Assembly (NCBI GenBank): GCA_965205265.1 | Contig: CBDBGH010000003.1 | Span: 4,224,001 to 4,288,000, forward strand | Length of the DNA stretch: 64,000 nucleotides | Source of the DNA: Alphaproteobacteria bacterium | GTDB lineage: Bacteria; Pseudomonadota; Alphaproteobacteria; Bin95 | Direction of reading: 5' to 3' | Part shown: positions 47,724-55,460 of the stretch, piece after piece | Layout of the letters: the number at the start of each line of letters is the position of its first letter | How positions within the stretch are numbered: the stretch's first letter is position 1 | Notes under the pieces: model-generated | What the model saw: only the letters and a program-made list of their open reading frames with translations | Database searches by the model: none | What the model was told of the DNA's origin: nothing | Translations under genes and position numbers: made by a program

Positions 47724-48492
47724 CGCCGAGCACGGCGCGGCCGATCACGGGCGTGGAGGGCTCGGCCATGTCGCGCGGCTCCATCGGATCGGCCTGCCAC
47801 GCCGCGCGGCCGGCCGCCACCGCCTGCGCGAAGGCCGCCGCCATCTTCGCCGGGTCGCCCGCGCGCGCGACGGCGGTGTTCAGCAGCACGGCGTCGTAGC
47901 CGAGCTCCATCGCCGCGGCCGCATGGCTCGGCAGGCCGATGCCGGCGTCCACCACCAGCGGCACATCGGGGAAATGGGCCCGCATGGCGCGCAGCGCGAA
48001 GACGTTGTTGAGGCCGCGCCCACTGCCGATCGGCGCGCCCCAGGGCATCAGCACCTCGCAACCGGCCTGCAGCAGCCGCTCCGCCACCACAAGGTCCTCG
48101 GTCGTGTAGGGGAACACCTTGAAGCCGGAGTCGGTGAGGATGCGCGCCGCCTCCACCAGCCCGAACACGTCCGGCTGGAGCGTGTCGTCCTCGCCGATCA
48201 CCTCCAGCTTGATCCAGTCGGTCTCGAACACCTCGCGGGCCATTTCCGCCGTCGTCACCGCCTCGCGGACGCTGTGGCAGCCGGCGGTGTTGGGCAGCAC
48301 GCGCACGCCGAGCGAGCGGATCAGCTCCCAGAAGCCCTGGCCCGCCCGCGCCGCGCCGGATTCGCGCCGGAGCGACACCGTGACGACATCCACGCCGGAC
48401 GCGCGGATCGCCTCGCCCAGCACCGCCGGGGAGGGATATTGCGCCGTGCCGAGGAACAGGCGCGAAGCGGGCTCGAAGCCGTAGAAATCCAA
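47716..48492 (-). CDS. thiG: Thiazole synthase
   Basis: [30 protein letters not shown]. Confidence 0.96.
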   Translation of the reverse strand: MDFYGFEPASRLFLGTAQYPSPAVLGEAIRASGVDVVTVSLRRESGAARAGQGFWELIRSLGVRVLPNTAGCHSVREAVTTAEMAREVFETDWIKLEVIGEDDTLQPDVFGLVEAARILTDSGFKVFPYTTEDLVVAERLLQAGCEVLMPWGAPIGSGRGLNNVFALRAMRAHFPDVPLVVDAGIGLPSHAAAAMELGYDAVLLNTAVARAGDPAKMAAAFAQAVAAGRAAWQADPMEPRDMAEPSTPVIGRAVLGDA

Positions 48493-48498
48493 GGCCGG

Positions 48499-48702
48499 TC
48501 AGCCTCCCTGCATCGGCGCCACGACCTCCACCGCGTCGCCGTCGGAAAGCGGCGTCGCCGCCCTCAACCCCTTCGGCAGGAAGGTGCCGTTGAGCGCCGT
48601 CGCCACCACGGCCCCGTTATAGCCCTTTTCGTCCAGAAGGTCGGCAAGCGTTGCGGTTTCCGTGGCTGTCGGCTCGCCGTTGAGATCGATGCTGACCGTC
48701 AT
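48499..48702 (-). CDS. thiS: Sulfur carrier ThiS
   Basis: 67 aa, ubiquitin-like, C-terminal MQGG. Confidence 0.93.
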   Translation of the reverse strand: MTVSIDLNGEPTATETATLADLLDEKGYNGAVVATALNGTFLPKGLRAATPLSDGDAVEVVAPMQGG

Positions 48703-49664
48703 GTCTGCGCTCCGTCGCCGAACACGATGTCCGCCGCCCTGGCCGCCATGGCAGGGGCGAGCAGAAAACCGTGGCGGTAGAGGCCGTTTACATGGAGCCG
48801 CCGGCCGTCGCGGACAACCCGGGGCAGGTTGTCGGGGAAGGCCGGGCGCGCATCGGTGCCGATCTCGGCGACCTCCGCCTCGCCGAAGGCGGGGTGGAGC
48901 GCATAGACGGCGCTCAGCAGCTCCACCATGGAGCGCGCCGTGATCCGCCGCCTTTCATCGTTCTCGATGGTGGTCGCGCCCAGCATGTACATGCCGTCGC
49001 CGCGCGGCACCAGGTAGATCGGGATGCGGGGATGGATGAGGCGGATCGTCCGCGTCAGCCCGACTTCCGGGCTCAGTATGTAGAGCATCTCGCCCTTCAC
49101 GCCGCGCAGCTCCGGCAGGTCGCCGGCCGCGGCGAGCCCCCGGCAATCGACGGTCCACTCGGCCTCGGGCGCGGCCTCCTCGCCCCAGCGCAGCTCGACG
49201 CCCACCGCCGCCAGCCTGTCCACCAGCGCGGCAAGCGCCCGGCGCGGGTCCAGATGGGCCTCCTCGCGGAAGAACAGCGCGCGCTCGAACCGCCCTTCCA
49301 GCGCCGGCTCGAGGTCGTCGATGCCCTCCCGGTCGAGCCAGTCGAAATTCTCCGTGCGCCGGGCGAAGCGCCGGAGTTCGCCGCTGTCGCGGGCCGGCGC
49401 GATCACCAGGCTGCCGCGCCGGACCACGCCGGGCACCCGCGCGGCCCAGAACTCCGCCGCCCCCTGGCCCAGCGCCACCACCTCCGCCTCGGCGTTCTCC
49501 CGCTCGCACCAGGGCGCCAGCATGCCGCCGGCATACCAGGAGCACTGGTCGGGCCCGAGGCCGGGGCTGCGGTCCACCACCGCGACCTCCGCCCCGCGCT
49601 CGGCCAGCACGGTCGCGACGGTCAGGCCCGCAACGCCTGCGCCGATGACCGCGACGCTCGTCAT
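48699..49664 (-). CDS. thiO: Glycine oxidase ThiO
   Basis: Start MTSVAVIGAGVAG; SWYAGGMLAP, NGLYRHGFL. Confidence 0.9.
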   Translation of the reverse strand: MTSVAVIGAGVAGLTVATVLAERGAEVAVVDRSPGLGPDQCSWYAGGMLAPWCERENAEAEVVALGQGAAEFWAARVPGVVRRGSLVIAPARDSGELRRFARRTENFDWLDREGIDDLEPALEGRFERALFFREEAHLDPRRALAALVDRLAAVGVELRWGEEAAPEAEWTVDCRGLAAAGDLPELRGVKGEMLYILSPEVGLTRTIRLIHPRIPIYLVPRGDGMYMLGATTIENDERRRITARSMVELLSAVYALHPAFGEAEVAEIGTDARPAFPDNLPRVVRDGRRLHVNGLYRHGFLLAPAMAARAADIVFGDGAQT

Positions 49665-50827
49665 GCTGCGCGGTATCTCGCTGCGAAGGCCTCGTCGATG
49701 GTGACGCCGAGGCCCGGCCGGTCCGGGATTTCCAGCATCCCGTCCACGACGGTGAAGTCCTCCACCGCAAGCTCGTGCAGCATCGGGTTGGCGCCGAGCG
49801 AGTATTCCACGATGAAGCCGCTGGTGGCCGCCGCCAGCACCTGCAGGCCGGCGGCGAAGGTGCAGGCACCGCCCCAGAGATGCGGGGCGAAGCGGATCTG
49901 GTGGGCCGCCGCCAGCGCCTCGATGCGGATGGCCTCGGTGATGCCGCCGGCGATGGAGAGGTCCGGCTGGAAGATGTCCGCCGCGTGGAGCATTGCGAGG
50001 TCGCGGAAGGCGAAGCGGGTGAACTCGCTCTCGCCGCTCGCGATGGGAATGTCGGTGGACGCCCGCACTTCCGCCTGGCCCGCCTTGTCGTCGGCGGTCA
50101 CCGGCTCCTCCAGCCAGCCGATATGGCAGTCCGCGACCGCGCGGCAGAAGCGCTTCGCCTCCGCCACGGTGAAGGTGCCGTGGGCATCGCAGAGAATGTC
50201 GATATCGGAGCCGAGACCCGCCCGCGCCGCCTGCACCCGCTCGATAGAGTGGGCAAGTGTGCCGTCGCCGGAGCCGACGCGCATCTTCACCGCCTTGAAG
50301 CCGCCCCGGTCGAGGAAGCCCTGCAGCTCGGCGACGATGCCCGCGGTCGGCGCCCAGCCCCCCGAGGCGTAGGCCGGCATCGCGGCATGGCGGCGCCCGC
50401 CGATCAGCTGCCAGACCGGCCGGCCGAGCTCCTTGCCGAGAATGTCCCAGAGCGCCATGTCGATGCCGGAAATCGCCGAGACCGTAAGCCCGCGACGGCC
50501 GAGCACCGGGAAGACATGGCCGCGCGCAATCGCGTAATGCGCCCGGCTGCCGTTGTACATCACGTCCCAGAGGCGGGAGATGTCGCGCGGGTCCTCGCCG
50601 GCCAGCAGCGGCCCGAGCTCCTGTTCGACGCAGGCCGCGAGCGCGCGGTTGTTGCCCGCGGAGCCGACCGCCGCCTTGGCCTCGCCGAAGCCGGTAATGC
50701 CGGCGTCCGTCTCGATGCGCACGAGGGTCGAGTCGAAGGCGCGCGTCACGCCGAAATCGCTCCGGTGCCGGCGTTCCTCCGGAATCGGCACATGCAGCCA
50801 GTCCGCCCGCACCCCGGTGATCTTCAT
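49661..50827 (-). CDS. Mandelate racemase/muconate lactonizing enzyme family protein
   Basis: AISGIDMALWDI.GK, KMRVG, metal ligands DAH/EEP/GE, QPD. Confidence 0.9.
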   Translation of the reverse strand: MKITGVRADWLHVPIPEERRHRSDFGVTRAFDSTLVRIETDAGITGFGEAKAAVGSAGNNRALAACVEQELGPLLAGEDPRDISRLWDVMYNGSRAHYAIARGHVFPVLGRRGLTVSAISGIDMALWDILGKELGRPVWQLIGGRRHAAMPAYASGGWAPTAGIVAELQGFLDRGGFKAVKMRVGSGDGTLAHSIERVQAARAGLGSDIDILCDAHGTFTVAEAKRFCRAVADCHIGWLEEPVTADDKAGQAEVRASTDIPIASGESEFTRFAFRDLAMLHAADIFQPDLSIAGGITEAIRIEALAAAHQIRFAPHLWGGACTFAAGLQVLAAATSGFIVEYSLGANPMLHELAVEDFTVVDGMLEIPDRPGLGVTIDEAFAARYRAA

Positions 50828-52209
50828 GCCTTCGCCCTTCCGGTCTCCGCCGCATAGGTTTCGCAGAGCGCGGCTGCTTCGTCGAGTGTCTCCGCCGCGC
50901 CGAACACATAGCGGTCGGGCCTGAGCAGGGCCGCCGCAAGGCCGTGCGCGCCGAGCCAGTCGGCTCCGGCCGCGACCGCCGGGACGCCGAAACTCTCCAC
51001 CGCCGCCGGCTCGCGCAGCAGCAGCACCGGGGAGAGGCCCACCGCATCGTCGAGCCGCCGCCCGTCGGCGAGGCGCGGCTGCGGCCCCGGACGGCCGGCA
51101 AGCGCGCCTTCGCCCCGGTGCAGCCCCGGTCCGAGGCGCGGGCGGATCGATTCCATCCGGTCCGTGCTCTCGCCCCGCGCGGCGGCGGCGCTCACCATGT
51201 CCTCCGTGCCGGTCGCATTCAGCAGCCGCCCCATTCTCACCGCAAGCTCAACATAGTCGCGCACATGGGGCATGCGCTCGCTAGCATAGCTGTCGAGCAG
51301 GGACTCCGGCGCACCGCCCCGCAGGACGGCCGCGAGCTTCCAGGCGAGGTTGGCGGCGTCGCGGATGCCGGCGCACATGCCCTGGCCCATGAAGGGCGGT
51401 GTCTGGTGCGCGGCGTCGCCGGCGATGAACAGGCGGCCCCGCCGCCAGCGCCGCGCGACCGTGGCGTGGAAGGTGTAGATGACGGCGCGCTCGATCTCCG
51501 CGTCCTCGGGGCCGATCCAGCGGGTCAGCAGCCGCCAGACCGTCTCCGGATCGGCCTCCTCGCCCTCCTCCACCCGGATTTCCCAGCGCCGGCGGTTGCC
51601 GGTGGTGCGCACATAGGTCGCGGGCCTCACGGGGTCGCAGAACTGGCGCGTGTAGTCGCCGAGGTCGGGGCGCGGGCGCTTCAGAACCAGGTCGATCACC
51701 AGCCAGCGCTCGTGGAAACCCAGGTCCTCGCTCCCTCCGCCTATGGCGTCGCGGACGCCCGACCGCGCCCCGTCGCAGCCGACGACATAGCGCGCATCCA
51801 GCGCTTCCGGATCCCCGACCTCATGCCCGAGCCGCACCCGGACCCCGGGGAAGCGTTCGAGGCCGGCGCGCAAGACGCCCTCCAGCGTCGGCTGGTGGAA
51901 GCGGTAGCTCTCATGCCAGCCCTGCGGCCCCTCTTCCATCCGCCGCGACCAGTCGAGCATGACCCGCCCCTCGCGGTCCACGAACAGCGTGCCGGGCGAG
52001 ACATGCGTGCCCGCCGCGATCTCTTCGGCGAGGCCGGCCGCCTGGAAGACGCGCATGACCTCGTCGTCGAAATGCACCGCGCGGGGGAGCGCATAGGCCG
52101 CACGGTCGCGCTCGAAGACCTCGACCCTGAGCCCGAGGCGGCCCAGCAGGTTGGCGAGCGTGGCGCCCACGGGCCCCAGTCCGACGATGGCGATGTCTCT
52201 GCTGGCCAT
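50824..52209 (-). CDS. FAD-dependent monooxygenase, MhpA-like
   Basis: Start MASRDIAIVGLGPVG; PRAVHFDDE, GCDG, GDAAHQTPPFMGQG, RPDRY. Confidence 0.88.
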   Translation of the reverse strand: MASRDIAIVGLGPVGATLANLLGRLGLRVEVFERDRAAYALPRAVHFDDEVMRVFQAAGLAEEIAAGTHVSPGTLFVDREGRVMLDWSRRMEEGPQGWHESYRFHQPTLEGVLRAGLERFPGVRVRLGHEVGDPEALDARYVVGCDGARSGVRDAIGGGSEDLGFHERWLVIDLVLKRPRPDLGDYTRQFCDPVRPATYVRTTGNRRRWEIRVEEGEEADPETVWRLLTRWIGPEDAEIERAVIYTFHATVARRWRRGRLFIAGDAAHQTPPFMGQGMCAGIRDAANLAWKLAAVLRGGAPESLLDSYASERMPHVRDYVELAVRMGRLLNATGTEDMVSAAAARGESTDRMESIRPRLGPGLHRGEGALAGRPGPQPRLADGRRLDDAVGLSPVLLLREPAAVESFGVPAVAAGADWLGAHGLAAALLRPDRYVFGAAETLDEAAALCETYAAETGRAKA

Positions 52210-52273
52210 GCTTGTCCGGCGGCGGCGGGAGCGGCAGACTCGCACGAGTCCCCGCCTGAGGAGAAGCCGAGGA

Positions 52274-53137
52274 ATGGCGAAGCTGCGCGACATGATTGCC
52301 GGCCCGGAGCCCGTGCTGGCGCCGCTGGTGCTGAACCCGCTGATGGCAAAGCTGGCGGAGAATGCCGGCTTTCGCGCGCTCTATCTCGGCGGCGGCGCGA
52401 CCGGCTATCTGAAAATCTATCTGGAAGCCACGCTGACGGTCACCGAAATGTGCCAGGCGGCCATCGAGATCGGCGCAGCGACGCCGCTGCCGCTCATCTT
52501 CGACGCCGCCGCCGGCTTCGGCGACCCGATGCACATGCGCCGCACCATCGCCATGAGCGAGACGGCCGGCTTCCAGGCCATCGAGATCGAGGACCAGTGG
52601 CTGCCGAAGCGCGCCCACCACCATATCGGGCTGGAGCATATGGTGGAGAAGGAGATCATGGCGGCGAAGGTCGCCGAAGCGGTCCGGGCCCGGCGCAGCG
52701 ACGACCTGCTGATCGTCGCGCGCACCAACGCCGTGCGCGCCTCGAACATGGACGATGCACTCGCCCGCGTCGAAGCCTACCGGGCCGCCGGCGCGGACCT
52801 GCTGCTGCTCTCGCCGCGCAATGCGGAGGAAGCGCGCTTCATCGCCGAGCGCCTCGGCGGGCCGCTCATGTATCTCGCCAGCCCCGGCGGCATGGCCGAT
52901 ATCGGCCTGAGCGCGCAGGAGATGGCCGACATGGGCTGGAAGATCATCGCCGACCCGCAGACGCAATTCCTCGCCCTCTATGAGAGGTCCAAGGCGCTCT
53001 ACCGGGAAATGGCGGCGTCTTTCTCCTCCGCCGCCCATTCGCCCGAAGGCTGGCGCGCGCTCCAGGACGAACTGCATGACGACATCGGCCTCGAAGTACT
53101 GCTCGACATCGAGCGGCGCACGGTGGAGACGGGGTAG
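52274..53137 (+). CDS. Isocitrate lyase/PEP mutase superfamily protein
   Basis: GF.ALY, D...GFGDP, IEDQ..PKRAHH, ARTN, AY..AGAD. Confidence 0.85.
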   Translation: MAKLRDMIAGPEPVLAPLVLNPLMAKLAENAGFRALYLGGGATGYLKIYLEATLTVTEMCQAAIEIGAATPLPLIFDAAAGFGDPMHMRRTIAMSETAGFQAIEIEDQWLPKRAHHHIGLEHMVEKEIMAAKVAEAVRARRSDDLLIVARTNAVRASNMDDALARVEAYRAAGADLLLLSPRNAEEARFIAERLGGPLMYLASPGGMADIGLSAQEMADMGWKIIADPQTQFLALYERSKALYREMAASFSSAAHSPEGWRALQDELHDDIGLEVLLDIERRTVETG

Positions 53138-53166
53138 CGGCAGGCTGCCGGGTGTCTTCGGAATCT

Positions 53167-53214
53167 AGGCCAATTCAAAATCCAATTTTCAATTAGCCTG
53201 AAATCGGCTAAGCT
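53167..53214 (+). promoter_or_regulatory. AT-rich inverted repeat (putative operator) and -10 box of a probably leaderless gene
   Basis: aggccaattcaaaat/attttcaattagcct (13/15 complementary); TAAGCT ends 6 nt before the ATG at 53221; no SD. Confidence 0.5.
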
Positions 53215-53220
53215 CCCGCC

Positions 53221-54744
53221 ATGATCGAACGCGACCTCGCCCCCAGGCTGGCGAGGGCGGCCCGGCAGTGGCCGTCCGTCACGCTGACCGGCCCCCGGCA
53301 GAGCGGCAAGACGACGCTCTGCCGCTCCCTGTTCCCGCAGCATCCCTACGAGACGCTCGAAGCGCCGGACATGCGCGCCTTCGCCGTCGAGGACCCGCGC
53401 GCCTTCCTGGCCCGTTTCCCGCAGGGCGCCGTCCTCGACGAAATCCAGAGGGCGCCGGATCTGCTCTCCTACCTCCAGGGCGTCATCGACGCCGACCCGG
53501 CGCCCGGGCGCTGGATACTCACGGGCTCCCAGAACTTCGCCCTGCTCGAAACGGTCTCCCAGTCGCTGGCCGGAAGAACGGCGGTTTACAACCTGCTCCC
53601 GCTGACCCGGGGCGAGACGGTCCGGTTCCCCCGGCATCCCGGGACCCTCGACGAGGTCCTGTTCGCCGGCTCCTATCCGCGCATCTTCGACGAGGGGATA
53701 GACCCCGGCGACTGGTTCCGGTCCTATGTCGCCGCCTATATCGAACGCGATGTGCGGACGGTCGCCAATGTGGGCGATCTCGCGGCGTTCCAGCGGTTCG
53801 TCGCCCTTTGCGCCGGCCGGACGGCGCAACTGCTCAACTATTCGGCGCTGGCGGGCGATTGCGGCGTCTCGCAGCCCACCGCGAAAGCCTGGCTCAGCAT
53901 CCTCGAAACGAGTTTCCTCGTCTTCCGCCTGCCGGCGTTCCACGCGAATATCCGCAAACGCCTCGTGAAGATGCCGAAGCTGCATTTCTACGACACCGGG
54001 CTCGTCTGCTGGCTGCTCGGCATCCGCTCGCCGGACCAGCTGCGCTCGCATCCGCTGCGCGGCCCGATCTTCGAGACCTGGGTCGTCTCCGAGATCGCCA
54101 AGCAGCGCGTCCACCGCGGCGAGCCGGGCGGGCTTTTCTTCTACCGCGACAGCAACGGGGCGGAGGCCGATCTCATCCTCCAGGGCCCCGCCGGTCCGGC
54201 GGTCGTCGAAGCCAAGGCCGGCGAAACCGCCTCCTCCGGCCTGTTCGCCGGCGCTGCGCGGGTGCGGCGGGGCCTCGCGGGCGCGCACGGCCCGCTATCC
54301 GCCGCCGTCGTTTACGGCGGCGAGCGAGGGCAAGAACGGGGCGCGAACCGCCTGGTTCCCTGGCGGCAATTGCGCGCGTTCGAAATGACGACGCTCAGCG
54401 ACGCAGAGGTCAAAAGGCTCGCCGCAAGCCCCGGACCCGAACGGTCCCTCGCCTTTCACGACATGGCGCGGCGCGTCCGGGAAAACCCGTCGGCCTGGGC
54501 CGAAGGGGAGCCGATACGCTGGAGTCCTCTGGAAATCACCCGCGCGCCGAACGCCGCCGAAATCGAGTGGGCGTTCCTGGAATGCTCCCGCCAATTGAGC
54601 GGCGGGGAGCATGACGAAACCCGGCGCGACCGGGATGCGAGGATGGGCGAGCTTGAGCGGCTTCTGGACAAGGACCCGGACCCGCTCCACACCCGCTACC
54701 ATGCGGCGCTGGTCGAGGAAATGCGCCGGCAGGAAAACGGGTAA
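53221..54744 (+). CDS. AAA_14 ATPase with DUF4143 domain plus ~120-aa unknown C-terminal extension
   Basis: GPRQSGKT, VLDEIQ, LTGSQ, YIERDV, KLHFYDTGL, FETWV..E, EAD...EAK. Confidence 0.88.
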   Translation: MIERDLAPRLARAARQWPSVTLTGPRQSGKTTLCRSLFPQHPYETLEAPDMRAFAVEDPRAFLARFPQGAVLDEIQRAPDLLSYLQGVIDADPAPGRWILTGSQNFALLETVSQSLAGRTAVYNLLPLTRGETVRFPRHPGTLDEVLFAGSYPRIFDEGIDPGDWFRSYVAAYIERDVRTVANVGDLAAFQRFVALCAGRTAQLLNYSALAGDCGVSQPTAKAWLSILETSFLVFRLPAFHANIRKRLVKMPKLHFYDTGLVCWLLGIRSPDQLRSHPLRGPIFETWVVSEIAKQRVHRGEPGGLFFYRDSNGAEADLILQGPAGPAVVEAKAGETASSGLFAGAARVRRGLAGAHGPLSAAVVYGGERGQERGANRLVPWRQLRAFEMTTLSDAEVKRLAASPGPERSLAFHDMARRVRENPSAWAEGEPIRWSPLEITRAPNAAEIEWAFLECSRQLSGGEHDETRRDRDARMGELERLLDKDPDPLHTRYHAALVEEMRRQENG

Positions 54745-54782
54745 CCGGCCCCCCGGCTGCATCGACAGCCGGCTTCTATTTT

Positions 54783-54974
54783 GGGGATTACAAAGACAGG
54801 TTGACGACAGATTTGCGAGGCTTCGCGCCTTCTCTCCAGCGTCATACCCGGACTTGTTCCGGGTATCCATGCGGCCGTCCGACGGAAGCTGTGGCGGGAG
54901 ATACCCGGAACAAGTCCGGGTATGACGGAAGGAATGTCGTTGGTCTCCTCCGTCAACCTATCTTTGTAATCCCC
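54783..54974. mobile_element. 192-bp MITE with 24-bp TIRs and 8-bp target-site duplication, containing a REP-like doublet
   Basis: TIRs ggggattacaaagacaggttgacg / cgtcaacctatctttgtaatcccc (23/24). Direct repeat tctatttt at 54775-54782 and 54975-54982. Internal 28-bp perfect IR at 54840-54867/54900-54927. Confidence 0.88.
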
Positions 54975-55460
54975 TCTATTTTGCTTCACGCACCGGCCGG
55001 GAGCATCGCCCCGCCATCCCCCGCTCCAGCACCGCCGCAACCACCCGGCGGCACAGGTCCTCGCCGACCGGCCTGCCCCGTCTGCGCTCCGTCAGTGTCC
55101 CGGCCATCTTTTCTCCCCGGCCGCGCCCGGCCTCCTGTCTTCTCCAATGGAACATTGCGCTCCCCTACCCGGCCGGCGCGCGCAGCTTCCCCGTCTGCCG
55201 CCCCCGGCGCGTTCAGCTGCCCCAATCCCGTCGCGTGGCCGCAATGCGGCGCGTTTTATCAAGTCATCGTTCCTGATTCAGTCCTTTATAGGCAGGAATT
55301 TAGGGCTTATTTTCCCGAATTACAACCCCTAGAGAGAAAAATATCCACAGGCGGCCACTGCCGTACGGTTGACGCCCTTTCCCGCTGAAGAGGGCATGGC
55401 GGGAAGGGGCCCGGCGGGCGGCTCCGGTTCAACCCGCACCATACCCGCCCCGCCCCACCA

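Noticed and set aside
49665-49800. TPP riboswitch upstream of thiO
   Set aside because: The region is coding sequence of the overlapping upstream gene and no THI-box core was recognised.
48699-51101. Apparent 800-aa fusion ending in ThiO
   Set aside because: The N-terminal part is an off-frame reading of the MR/MLE gene; ThiO starts at 49664. The same artefact extends the track ORFs for fabH, cobT, gcvPA, rpmF and the ABC substrate-binding protein.
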